Assembly (NCBI GenBank): GCA_027623675.1
Contig: JAQBVF010000008.1
Span: 32,001 to 96,000 of the forward strand
Source: Chloroflexota bacterium
Lineage (GTDB): Bacteria > Chloroflexota > Dehalococcoidia > Lucifugimonadales > UBA3495
Direction: 5' to 3'
DNA: 64,000 bases
Made by a program: the position numbers and the translations under genes. Shown here one piece after another: positions 1 through 9,406 of this stretch. Positions within the stretch are counted from its first letter, which is position 1. Every line of letters begins with the position of its first letter. The notes under the pieces were generated by a model. The model ran no database searches and was not told the DNA's origin. It saw only the letters and a list, made by a program, of their open reading frames with translations.

Positions 1-433
1 TCCCGGCGGCACCGCGGGCATGGGCTGGGCGCTGCCCGCCTCGGTGGGTTTGAAGCTGGCCTTCCCTGACCGGCCGGTGGTCTGCGTGTCCGGCGACGGC
101 GGCTTCATGATGACCGTGAACGCCATCTCAACCGCCGTCCAGTACGATCTGCCCATCATCTGCGTGGTCTTCAACGACAATGTCTTGGGCATGGTCCACG
201 ACCACCAGCCGGATGGCCATAAGATCGCCTCCGAGTTTTATCCCACCAATAACGCCACGGTGGCCCAGGGCATGGGCGCCTTCGGGGTGCAGGTGAGCGA
301 TTCCAAAGACCTGCCCGACGCCCTACGAGCGGCCCAGGCCTCGGGTAGACCGGCGGTGGTTGACGTATTGGTAGACCCGGTCCCCAGCCCCGACGACTGG
401 CGCGCCGGCGCCTGGCGACAAGGCCAAACCTAG
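1..433 (+). CDS. ThDP-binding enzyme (acetolactate synthase-like), C-terminal part, 5' truncated by window edge
   Basis: GMGWALPASVG and ThDP-binding motif SGDGGFMM...VVFNDN. Confidence 0.9.
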   Translation, partial: PGGTAGMGWALPASVGLKLAFPDRPVVCVSGDGGFMMTVNAISTAVQYDLPIICVVFNDNVLGMVHDHQPDGHKIASEFYPTNNATVAQGMGAFGVQVSDSKDLPDALRAAQASGRPAVVDVLVDPVPSPDDWRAGAWRQGQT

Positions 434-470
434 GCCAAGAACCCGGGCCAAGAACCCGGGCTACGAACTT
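433..470. repeat. 13-bp tandem repeat (ggccaagaacccg x2 plus a degenerate copy)
   Basis: Direct inspection. Confidence 0.7.
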
Positions 471-492
471 GGACCAAACGAAGGCGTCAGAT

Positions 493-639
493 ATGCCGGA
501 CACACTCAAAAACGAGGTCGCTCTGGTCACCGCCGCCGGTCCGGGAATCGGCCGCGCCACATCGTTGTTCCTGGCCCGCGAGGGGGCAACCATCGTGGTA
601 GCGGATGTGGACGCCAACGGCGGGTCCAGCGCCAAGTAG
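493..639 (+). pseudogene. N-terminal fragment (48 aa) of a short-chain dehydrogenase/reductase
   Basis: Translates MPDTLKNEVALVTAAGPGIGRATSLFLAREGATIVVADVDANGGSSAK*; classic SDR Rossmann start, then a stop with no continuation. Confidence 0.8.
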
Positions 640-811
640 CCAAGTCCCGAATATAAACCGCTCCACACCTGCCCCGTTGGACTGGTTTTGTGCCCGGTGG
701 TAGTATAGTCGCAGACTCGGTTCCCGGCTGAATCGACCTTATCCGCCGGCCCGTTAGCTTTGGGCCGGCCCGACCTTATATACCACCCGTATATCCCACC
801 CGGAGGCCCCA

Positions 812-3800
812 TTGGCGGATTTACTGCAAATAGTGGACCTGGCCGACTCGGGCCAGGTCCAACTTTCCTGTTTGACCGGCGTCGATTCATCTGACTCTGC
901 GCCCGCGGCCAACTTCTCCCTGCCTCTCACCGACGCTGAATCGGCCGAGATACGCTGGTATCTGACCGAATACCCCCTGAACACCTTTGGCGAGGCCAAG
1001 ACTCGCGCCGAGTCCGTCGAAGCGGGCTTCAAAGACCTGGGCCGCTTATTGTTTGAAGCGGTGTTCAACTCCAGCGGCGAGGCCCAGGCGATCTTGAAGC
1101 GGGCCACAGAATCTGAGACGGCGCTTTCGATCGTGTCCACCCGCCCCGAATTCCTCGGCCTTCCTTGGGAGTTGATGAACGACGGCGTCGACGCTTACCT
1201 GGCGTCCAAGCTGACCGGGATCTCCCGGCGTCTTTCCGCCGGACCGATGGAGCCTTTCGCCGGGCAACTGCCCACAGACCAACTCAACGTCCTGCTGCTT
1301 CTTCCGCCCACGGGTGGTGACGGGTCCGGCAGCATCGCCACCCAAGCCTTCGCCGCGCTGGAGTCCCTCTCGGTGGAAGCCGAGTTGGAATGCTTGCGCC
1401 CCTCCGCCCTGCCCAACCTGGAGGCACAACTGGACGGCAAGCCAAGTCACTACCACCTGGTCCACCTGGACGGCTTCTCCATAAACAGCGGCGGCATCCA
1501 GATGGAAGACGGCTCCGGCGGCGTTGCAACCGTCACCGCCAAGGAGTTGGCCCGACCCCTGAATAACGCCCAGACCCCGGTGGTGTTGCTGAACGCTTCG
1601 GCGTCGTCGGCCACGAACGACGTTATGTCATTCGCCGCGGGGCTGGCAGAGGGCGGCGTCCCGCAGGTGGTCGTCAATCCGTTGCCCATCACCGGGTCAG
1701 GCGCAGTGTTGGTCTCAGAATTCTTCTTCCGGGGACTGGTTGGCGGCTCATCCGTCGCCCAGACCGTGGCGACCATCCGCCAAGCCTTGATGGAACATCC
1801 CCAGCGACCCTCCGCAACTGGCCCGTTGGCCACCTGGGATTGGACCCTGACCGTATCATTCGAGTCCCGTGAGTATTCTCCGGCTGCCATCGTAGCTGAG
1901 GTTCAGGACCCTCTTGTGCCAGGCATGCCCCAACCCGAGCCGGAATCCCACGGACCGGACCTGCCGAGGGGCGGCCCCTACGGTCTGATCGGCCGCCACG
2001 GCGAGATATTGGACCTGGAACGTAAGTTCCGGCAAGACCCGGTGGTGCTGCTTTCGGGAAACGTGGGCAGCGGAAAGTCGGAGTTAGCCTTGGGGTTGGC
2101 ATCGTGGCTGCGCAACACCGGCGCCCGGCCCGGCGGCGTGTTCTATGCCACATTCGAGGTGGGCGCCGGCCTGGAGAGAGTGCTCCACGAGATCGGGACC
2201 GCCCTGGCCGGCTTGGATTTTGCCGACCTGCGCAGCGACGCCCGCCGGTCCTGGGTGGTCGAATACCTGAGAGACCATCCCGCACTGTTGGTATTCGACA
2301 GCCTGCAAAACCTGGCTGGGTTCCCCACCGGCGCTCCTGGCTTGCTGGAAGAATCGGAAATGGCCAACCTGGACGCGTTCATCAAAGAGGTGGCTGAGGG
2401 CGGCCAGACCTGGACCCTGTTGGTCAGCCGGCGGGAGCAGGAGTCCTGGCTCACCGTGCCCCACGGGGACTACCGTCTGGGAGGGCTGGGCCAAGCAGAC
2501 CGGATCATCTTTGGCACGCGCCTGCTGGAAGAGGCCGGGGCCGACCCCCTGCGCCTTGGCCCCGAGTACCTGGAGATACTCGATATGTTGGAAGGCCATC
2601 CGCTGGCCATGGAGATCGCCCTTCCTCTATTGAAAGATGTCCCGTCATCGGTCTTGGCGGGCGAACTCAAGTCGGCGTTGAGCGAGCACCAACCGGGCGC
2701 CGACGAAGAAGGCCGTCCGCCTTACCTGACCGTGGTCATGGACCATGCCTTCAGCCGGATGACCCACCGCAGCCGAACACACCTGCCCTTCCTATCCATG
2801 TTCCGCAGCCGGGTGATGATGGACATCCTGACCCACATCAACCAGGAGCAGGTCTACCGGTCGGTGATGGGCGAGCAACTGGGCTACGGGGCAACCCGAA
2901 CCCTGCTCCGCACCGCGCGAGCCGGCGGGTTCCTGGAACCCATCACGCCCAGCGTCTACCAGATCCACCCGTCGCTGCCTTGGTTCTACGGGCGCAGCCT
3001 GTACCGCCAACACTCGCCAGAAGCCATCTCCCGATTGGAGCAGGAGGTCGTGCGGGTCTACGCCGACACAGCCGACTATTTCATGGAGACCCTCTACGAG
3101 AACCAGGACGCCGGCACCACCGCCATCCTGGCCGAGGAGGGCAACATCACCCAGGCGCTGGCCCTGGCCGTGGAGGCCGGACAGTGGGAGAACGCCCAGC
3201 TGCTGGTCCAACCCCTGGCCCAGGTCTTCCGCATGCAGAAGCGCTACCCGGAACTGCGCCGCCTGCGCCGCCAGTTGCTGGAAACCACCGGCGCCACCGC
3301 CGAGGAAGCCGAGCAATCGGGCGGCATCCAACTCTGGCTGTACCTGATGGGCACCGAGGCCAGCGAGTGCATCGAGACCCGCGAGTTCGACCAGGCCGAC
3401 GCCCTGAACCAGCAGTTGCTTGAATATCTGGCGAACAAGGAGGACGGAGAAACCGACCCGCGCACCGCCGCGGTCTTCCACCAGATGGGCCAGGTGGCCC
3501 TGAACCGGTGGCAACTGGAAGAGGCCCAGGAATTCTTCACCCAGTCTCTAGCGATAATCGAGGGCGGCGAAGACCAGGAACCGGTGGCCGACGATTATTA
3601 CGGTTTGGGCCTGGTATCTCAGTACCGGCGCCGCTATACCGAAGCCAAGGAATGGTTCAGCAAGGCCTTGGACATCCACCAGCGGGTCAACGACATGGAA
3701 GAGATGGTCAAGGACTACCGCTCCCTGGGTCTCTGCTCCCAATACAAGTTCGAGTACGACGAGGCCGCCAGTTGGTACCAGCGGGCCAGGGAGATCCTGG

Positions 3801-4438
3801 AAGAGAACCGTGACGAAGAGACCGCCGTCCTGGTCTACCATTCCCTGGGCACCGTCTGCCACGCCCAATACCACTACGAAGAGGCCCAGAACTGGTACGA
3901 ACAGGCCCTTAGCCTCAGCGACCGCATGGGCAACCACGCCCAGATGGGCATCGAGTTCCATCACCTGGGCATGGTGGAGCAGGCCCGTGAATTCTTCGTC
4001 GATGACGCGGAGCACTGGTACCGGATGGCCGTGGAGAAGTGGCAGCTGCTAGGGGACCGCCGGTCCGAGGGCGACGAGTACCGCCAACTGGGCGTGCTGT
4101 TCCACGAGCAGAAGGACCTGGACAAAGCCGAGGAATGGTACGGACGGGCCAGGGACGTCTTTGAAGAATTGCAGGACCTGAACCGCATCTGCCGCACCTA
4201 CGGGCAGCTCGGCATGGTGGCCGAACAGCGCGACGACGTACCGGGGGCGCTCTTGTGGGCCGGACGCACCTACCAACTGGCCGAGAGCAACCAACTGCCG
4301 GTTTTGGTGCAGGTCAAAGCCCACCTGGCCCGGCTGAAGGAAAAACACGGGGAGGACAACTTCGCCGCCTGGTGGCAGGAGTTCGCCGGAGAACCTGCTC
4401 CCACCGACCTGGACGTCGACCCGGAAACCGTTATCTAG
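812..4438 (+). CDS. CHAT-like domain + STAND (NB-ARC-like) NTPase + TPR repeat protein, 1208 aa
   Basis: LPWEL CHAT motif; Walker A GNVGSGKS; Walker B LLVFD; GHPLA; YQIHP; C-terminal TPRs; TTG start with GGAGG RBS. Confidence 0.85.
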   Translation: MADLLQIVDLADSGQVQLSCLTGVDSSDSAPAANFSLPLTDAESAEIRWYLTEYPLNTFGEAKTRAESVEAGFKDLGRLLFEAVFNSSGEAQAILKRATESETALSIVSTRPEFLGLPWELMNDGVDAYLASKLTGISRRLSAGPMEPFAGQLPTDQLNVLLLLPPTGGDGSGSIATQAFAALESLSVEAELECLRPSALPNLEAQLDGKPSHYHLVHLDGFSINSGGIQMEDGSGGVATVTAKELARPLNNAQTPVVLLNASASSATNDVMSFAAGLAEGGVPQVVVNPLPITGSGAVLVSEFFFRGLVGGSSVAQTVATIRQALMEHPQRPSATGPLATWDWTLTVSFESREYSPAAIVAEVQDPLVPGMPQPEPESHGPDLPRGGPYGLIGRHGEILDLERKFRQDPVVLLSGNVGSGKSELALGLASWLRNTGARPGGVFYATFEVGAGLERVLHEIGTALAGLDFADLRSDARRSWVVEYLRDHPALLVFDSLQNLAGFPTGAPGLLEESEMANLDAFIKEVAEGGQTWTLLVSRREQESWLTVPHGDYRLGGLGQADRIIFGTRLLEEAGADPLRLGPEYLEILDMLEGHPLAMEIALPLLKDVPSSVLAGELKSALSEHQPGADEEGRPPYLTVVMDHAFSRMTHRSRTHLPFLSMFRSRVMMDILTHINQEQVYRSVMGEQLGYGATRTLLRTARAGGFLEPITPSVYQIHPSLPWFYGRSLYRQHSPEAISRLEQEVVRVYADTADYFMETLYENQDAGTTAILAEEGNITQALALAVEAGQWENAQLLVQPLAQVFRMQKRYPELRRLRRQLLETTGATAEEAEQSGGIQLWLYLMGTEASECIETREFDQADALNQQLLEYLANKEDGETDPRTAAVFHQMGQVALNRWQLEEAQEFFTQSLAIIEGGEDQEPVADDYYGLGLVSQYRRRYTEAKEWFSKALDIHQRVNDMEEMVKDYRSLGLCSQYKFEYDEAASWYQRAREILEENRDEETAVLVYHSLGTVCHAQYHYEEAQNWYEQALSLSDRMGNHAQMGIEFHHLGMVEQAREFFVDDAEHWYRMAVEKWQLLGDRRSEGDEYRQLGVLFHEQKDLDKAEEWYGRARDVFEELQDLNRICRTYGQLGMVAEQRDDVPGALLWAGRTYQLAESNQLPVLVQVKAHLARLKEKHGEDNFAAWWQEFAGEPAPTDLDVDPETVI

Positions 4439-4486
4439 CCCAACCCAACACGATCCAGCACGACCCAGCACAACCGGAGGTGAACG

Positions 4487-6457
4487 ATGGCGGTTGTTTC
4501 CATCGACATCAAAGAACGCGGCCCCTACGCCGGCGGCATGGCCTTTGGCGACAGCGGCGCCTACGAGCGGTTGGACGGCACGGTCTGCTTCGCTGTCGAC
4601 CCGTCCGCCCCGGCCAACAGCCTGATTACCGACCTGGAGCTGGCCCCCAAGAACCCAGCCAACCTGGTGGAATTCTCAGCCGACTTCCGGATATTGAAGC
4701 CCGTTGACCAACAGAAGGGCAGCCACAGGTTATTCTTCGACGTGGTGAACCGGGGCAACCCTCTGGCGTTGATGCGCATCAACAGTGCCCCAGCCAGCGC
4801 GCCCATGGACCCAGGCAACGGGTTCTTGATGCGGCGGGGCTACACCCAAGTCTGGTGCGGCTGGCAGCATGACGTGCCCAGTTCCCCCGCCGCGTTGGGC
4901 ATCAACGTCCCGGAAGCTTCCGGCCCAAACGGCCCGGTCACCGGCAAGATCGCCGTGACCTTTCAGCCGGACACTTCGGGCACGACCCGGATGCTCTCCG
5001 ACCGGGGCCATCTGCCCTACCCTGTCAACAGCCTGGACCAGCCCGAAGCGGAACTAACTGTCCGCGAACATGACTCCGGCCCAGCCACCGTCATACCCCG
5101 CGCCGAATGGTCCTTCGGCAAGCTGGAAGACGGCAATATTGTCCCCGACGCCAGCCATGTCTGCATGGCCGCCGGTTTCGAACCGGGCAAGGTTTACCGC
5201 TGCATCTATACCACCGCCACCGCGCCGGTTGTGGGGCTGGGCCTGGCGGCCGTCAGGGACTTCATCTCCCACATCAGGTATTCGACCAGCGAAGACAACC
5301 CCTGCGCCGGAGATATCCAGCACGCAATGGCCTTTGGCTCCTCCCAGAGCGGACGCTTCCTGCGGCATATGCTCTACCTGGCGATGAACCAAGACGAGGA
5401 AGACCGGCCGGTTTTCGACGGCATCATCGCCAACATCGCCGGAGGCCGCCGGGGCGAGTTCAATCAGCGGTTCGGCCAGCCGTCCAACCTGGTGCAGGTC
5501 AGCACCGGCAGCCTGTTCCCCTTCGCCGACATCGAACAGACCGACCCGGAGACCGGCCAGACCGGCGGCCTGCTGTCACGGCTGGCCGCCCGAGGCAAAC
5601 TACCCAAGCTGTTCTTGACCAACACGTCCAGCGAATACTGGTCCGGCCACGCCGCCCTGACCCACACAGACGCCACCGGCTCCGAGGACATCACGCCGGG
5701 CGATAACGTGCGCATCTACCACTTCTCCGGCACCCAGCACAGCGCCGGCGTTCTGCCGCTGGCCCACACCCAGCCCACCGGCGCCAAAGGCCTCCACCCA
5801 TTCAACTGGGTGGACTGGCGGCCGCTCATGCGCGCCGCGGTGGCCAACCTGGACGCCTGGATCAGCGACGGGTCCGCCCCAGCGCCCAGCAAGCACCCCA
5901 GGCTGGATGATGGCACCGCCGTGCTTGGAGCGACTTTGAAACCGAGATTCCAAGCCCTCTCCCCGATCGGGTTCCCCGGGCACCTGCGGCAGATGGTCCG
6001 GTTGGATTTCGGACCCAACGAAGGCATAACCGAGATACTGCCTCCAAGCATTGGGAAGCCTTATCCGGCGCTGGTGTCCAACGTCGATGAAGACGGCAAC
6101 GAGTTGGGCGGCATACGTCTCCCCGACGTCGCCGTCCCGCTGGCCACGGTCACCGGCTGGAACCTGCGCCATCCCGACACCGCTGGCCCCGGCCAGACCC
6201 ACCAGACCATGGGCGCAACCGTGCCCTTCGCCTTCACCCGGCAGGAGAGGGAGGACTCATCCGACCCCCGCCCTTCGGTGGAAGAGCGGTATCCTTCCCG
6301 CCAAGACTACCTTGACCAGGTCCGGCAGGTGGCCCAAGAGTTGGCCGCCCAAGGGTACATGCTGGAAGAGGACATCGAAACGGTGGGCCGACAAGCAGGC
6401 GAACGCTACGACCTGCTGGAATCTCGGGTGAGACAGGTCCAGCCCGCGGGAGACTAA
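4487..6457 (+). CDS. alpha/beta hydrolase domain protein (Abhydrolase_10-like)
   Basis: DVVNRG, GWQHD, GSSQSGRFLR nucleophile elbow, GTQH, DEDGNELGGIRLP; GGAGG RBS. Confidence 0.85.
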   Translation: MAVVSIDIKERGPYAGGMAFGDSGAYERLDGTVCFAVDPSAPANSLITDLELAPKNPANLVEFSADFRILKPVDQQKGSHRLFFDVVNRGNPLALMRINSAPASAPMDPGNGFLMRRGYTQVWCGWQHDVPSSPAALGINVPEASGPNGPVTGKIAVTFQPDTSGTTRMLSDRGHLPYPVNSLDQPEAELTVREHDSGPATVIPRAEWSFGKLEDGNIVPDASHVCMAAGFEPGKVYRCIYTTATAPVVGLGLAAVRDFISHIRYSTSEDNPCAGDIQHAMAFGSSQSGRFLRHMLYLAMNQDEEDRPVFDGIIANIAGGRRGEFNQRFGQPSNLVQVSTGSLFPFADIEQTDPETGQTGGLLSRLAARGKLPKLFLTNTSSEYWSGHAALTHTDATGSEDITPGDNVRIYHFSGTQHSAGVLPLAHTQPTGAKGLHPFNWVDWRPLMRAAVANLDAWISDGSAPAPSKHPRLDDGTAVLGATLKPRFQALSPIGFPGHLRQMVRLDFGPNEGITEILPPSIGKPYPALVSNVDEDGNELGGIRLPDVAVPLATVTGWNLRHPDTAGPGQTHQTMGATVPFAFTRQEREDSSDPRPSVEERYPSRQDYLDQVRQVAQELAAQGYMLEEDIETVGRQAGERYDLLESRVRQVQPAGD

Positions 6458-6514
6458 AAAGCTTAACCAAAGCCAACCCACCCCGCCGACCAAAACAACA
6501 CGGGAGAACTGAAC

Positions 6515-7360
6515 ATGAACGTTGGAACATCGGTACCCCTGCCGGCCTACACTATCGACCCGGCATTCATGGCCAAGAAGGCCGAAGACCTGGGCTTCGA
6601 GTCCATCTGGTACGCCGAGCACGCGGCCGTGCCGGTCCACAGCGATAGTCCCTTCCCGGCCACCGGCGGAGAGATCCCCTGGACCTACTCCCACTTCACC
6701 GACCCCTACATCGCGCTGGCCCGGGCCTCCGGCGCCACCAGCAAGATCAAGCTTGGCACCGGCATCACCCTGATTCCGGAGCGCAACCCCCTGCTCCTGG
6801 CCAAAGAGATCTCCACCCTGGACCTGTACAGCGGCGGCCGCTTCATGCTTGGCGTCGGCACCGGCTGGCTCAAGGAAGAGACCGAGATCATGGGCGGCGA
6901 CTTCGAACACCGCTGGACCCAGACCAGAGAGGCCATCGAAGTTATGAAGGAACTCTGGACCAAGGAAGAGGCCGAGTACCACGGCCGGTACTTCGACTTC
7001 CCATTGGTCAAGTCCTACCCCAAGCCGGCGCAGAAGCCCCATCCACCGGTGATCCTTGGCGGCATGGCCAAGAACGTGCTGCGCCGGGTGGTGGCCCACG
7101 CCGATGGCTGGATGCCCAACCGGGTCACGCCCGCCGACGTGGAAGAGAGCCGCAAGAAGCTGGACGCCATGGCTGCCGAAGCCGGGCGCGACCCCAAGTC
7201 CATCACCATCTCGGTCTATGGCCAACTGCCCCAGCGCGAGATCGTCCAGTCGCTGCTGAATGCCGGCGCCGACCGGGTGGTGGTCCGCCCGGAGCACGTG
7301 GAAACCGAGCAGGAGATGGGCGACCAACTAGAGCGCATGGCCGACGCCGTCCTCCGCTAG
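6515..7360 (+). CDS. LLM class (probable F420-dependent) oxidoreductase
   Basis: GFESIWYAEH, DPYIAL, LGTGI, SGGRFMLGVGTGW, PKPAQKPHPP. Confidence 0.9.
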   Translation: MNVGTSVPLPAYTIDPAFMAKKAEDLGFESIWYAEHAAVPVHSDSPFPATGGEIPWTYSHFTDPYIALARASGATSKIKLGTGITLIPERNPLLLAKEISTLDLYSGGRFMLGVGTGWLKEETEIMGGDFEHRWTQTREAIEVMKELWTKEEAEYHGRYFDFPLVKSYPKPAQKPHPPVILGGMAKNVLRRVVAHADGWMPNRVTPADVEESRKKLDAMAAEAGRDPKSITISVYGQLPQREIVQSLLNAGADRVVVRPEHVETEQEMGDQLERMADAVLR

Positions 7361-7474
7361 GGGAAGCGGCATGGCCGCGTCATTCCGTGGGCGGCCATGG
7401 TTCCACTGATCGGGACAAGGCTGCGCAGCCAGGTTTGACGCCGCATTTAAGCAAAGATTCGAGGAGAAGACCCG

Positions 7475-8848
7475 ATGGACCGTACCACCGAGATGCTGGC
7501 CTCATACGCCTGCCGGCTCAGCTATGAAGACCTGGGGCCCAAGACCGTGCATCAGGTCAAGCGCACCCTGGTTGACACCCTGGGTTGCGCCATGGGCGGG
7601 TATGTGTCCGAGCCGGCCAAGATTGCCCGGTCGATGGCCTCCACCATCTCCAGCACCAACCCGGCGCGGGTATTGGGCACCGACTCCTACACCTCGCCCG
7701 ACATGGCCGGGTTCGTCAACGGCGTCATGGTCCGGTACCTGGACTGCAACGACTCCTACTTCTCCCCCGGCGGCGGTCACCCCAGCGACATGATCACGGC
7801 GGTGCTGGCCCTGGCTGACCCGATGGTCGCCGATGGCCGCACGGTTATAACCTCCATCGCCCTGGCCTACGAGGTCTTCTGCCGCATCTCCGACGAGGTG
7901 GTGGCCGGCGACCTGGGCTGGGACCAGGGCATCTTCAGCGTGATCGGAGCCGCCTGCGGGGCCGGCAAGATACTCGGCTTGGACCACGAGCAGATGGCCC
8001 AGGCAATATCTCTGGCGGTCACCCCGTCGCTGCCGCTGGCGGTCACCCGCAGCGGAGAACTCTCCATGTGGAAGGGCTGCGCCACCGCCGCCGCCACCCG
8101 CTCCGCGGTGTTCGCGGCCATGCTGGCGGCCGAGGGTATGAGCGGCCCCGACGAGCCCTTCGACGGCAAACGCGGACTCTGGGAGCAGGCCGTGGGCAAA
8201 CCGGTAACCATACCAGACTTTCCGGTGGGCGGCAGCCGGGGCGAGGACGACCCATTCCGCATCAACCAGACCATCGTCAAGAGTTACCCGTCGCAGATAC
8301 ACACCCAGGCCCCCATCGGCCTGGCCCTCGAACTGGGCAAAGAGGTGGCCCTGGCCGATATCAAGTCCATCCACATCGACACCTATGCGTCGGCCGCCAG
8401 CAGCGCCGCCAGCGAGCCGGAGAAATGGGACCCCAAGACCAGGGAGACCGCCGACCACTCCATACCTTTCTTGGTCGCGGCGGCGCTCCAGGAGGGTGCG
8501 GTCACCCCCGGCACCTTCACGCCCCAGGGCATCGCCGACCCCGTCAAAAGGGCGACCATGGCCAAGATGACCCTGAGCGAAGACCCGGATTTCACCGCCA
8601 GATACCCTTCCCAATACAACTCGCGCATCACCATCACCGACCAGTCAGGCGGCGTCCACACCGCCCATACTTCCTACTCCAAGGGCCACAAGAACAACCC
8701 ACTTGACGACCAGGAGTTGGAGGCCAAGTTCCGCGGCTTCGCGTCGGGTGTTCTCTCCGAGGCGCAGTGCAGCCAGGTGTTGGAAACCATCTGGACCATC
8801 GACAACGCCACCGACCTGGACGACCTATTCGACGGCCTGGTGGTCTAA
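7475..8848 (+). CDS. MmgE/PrpD family protein (2-methylcitrate dehydratase-like)
   Basis: RYLDCNDSY, GGHPSD, GELSMWKG, KWDPKTRETADHSIP. Confidence 0.9.
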   Translation: MDRTTEMLASYACRLSYEDLGPKTVHQVKRTLVDTLGCAMGGYVSEPAKIARSMASTISSTNPARVLGTDSYTSPDMAGFVNGVMVRYLDCNDSYFSPGGGHPSDMITAVLALADPMVADGRTVITSIALAYEVFCRISDEVVAGDLGWDQGIFSVIGAACGAGKILGLDHEQMAQAISLAVTPSLPLAVTRSGELSMWKGCATAAATRSAVFAAMLAAEGMSGPDEPFDGKRGLWEQAVGKPVTIPDFPVGGSRGEDDPFRINQTIVKSYPSQIHTQAPIGLALELGKEVALADIKSIHIDTYASAASSAASEPEKWDPKTRETADHSIPFLVAAALQEGAVTPGTFTPQGIADPVKRATMAKMTLSEDPDFTARYPSQYNSRITITDQSGGVHTAHTSYSKGHKNNPLDDQELEAKFRGFASGVLSEAQCSQVLETIWTIDNATDLDDLFDGLVV

Positions 8849-8874
8849 TCAGACCCGCTTCCATTCGGTAGAAC

Positions 8875-8916
8875 CAAGACGCCCGGCAGGAGATACGTTC
8901 TCCGCCGGGCGTCTTG
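8875..8916. terminator. Inverted repeat between convergent genes, likely terminator
   Basis: caagacgcccggc...gccgggcgtcttg 13-bp stem. Confidence 0.65.
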
Positions 8917-8942
8917 AGCATCAGGCTGATTTCCGGATCGGC

Positions 8943-9206
8943 TTATGGGGTCAGGTCCAGGGCCTCGACGATTCCGTTGAACGGCAACTCGGCGGTAACG
9001 TTGACGTCTTTAACCAGGTCCTGGCTGTCAGACTCGAACAAGCACATGCACCGGGAGTCGCCGGGAACGAAGGTGCTCCTGATGTAGCGGACCGGCTTAC
9101 CCTCTGCCGTGAACTTTTGAGAGGTTTCGATCGCGGCCTTCTGCGCCCTCGCGAGTTGGTCCATGGTCAGCCCCGTAAGGTCTCTTTCCACCATATAAAC
9201 AGCCAT
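8943..9206 (-). CDS. DUF4242 (SCO4226-like) small protein, copy 1
   Basis: MAVYMVERDL...RYIRSTFVPGDSRCMCLFES...LPFNGIVEA; GGAGG RBS before ATG at 9206. Confidence 0.85.
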   Translation of the reverse strand: MAVYMVERDLTGLTMDQLARAQKAAIETSQKFTAEGKPVRYIRSTFVPGDSRCMCLFESDSQDLVKDVNVTAELPFNGIVEALDLTP

Positions 9207-9364
9207 CTCTGTTCCTCCTATCCGGTTTATGCGTCCGCCGGTCCGGCGGCGTGGAGGAATAATAACCTTCCAGGGAACGTTGGGCATCGGCAGAAGTTCC
9301 CCTTTCCGCCAACAGGAATCTTCCAGGTTCGGGGGAATCATTAAGGGTGACGAACGGGTCTGCC

Positions 9365-9380
9365 TGGGAATTAGTTCCCA
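9365..9380. promoter_or_regulatory. Palindrome TGGGAA-TTAG-TTCCCA, candidate LuxR-type operator
   Basis: Dyad lies between the LuxR gene stop and the DUF4242 start. Confidence 0.4.
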
Positions 9381-9406
9381 TGTCCACGGTGGCTGCGGCG
9401 AGCCGG

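Noticed and set aside
6257..8614. Long antisense ORFs (6257-7327, 7502-8614; likewise 50354-51355, 52037-53185, 60035-61132)
   Set aside because: Shadow frames of well-supported genes, expected from GC-rich codon bias; no motifs.
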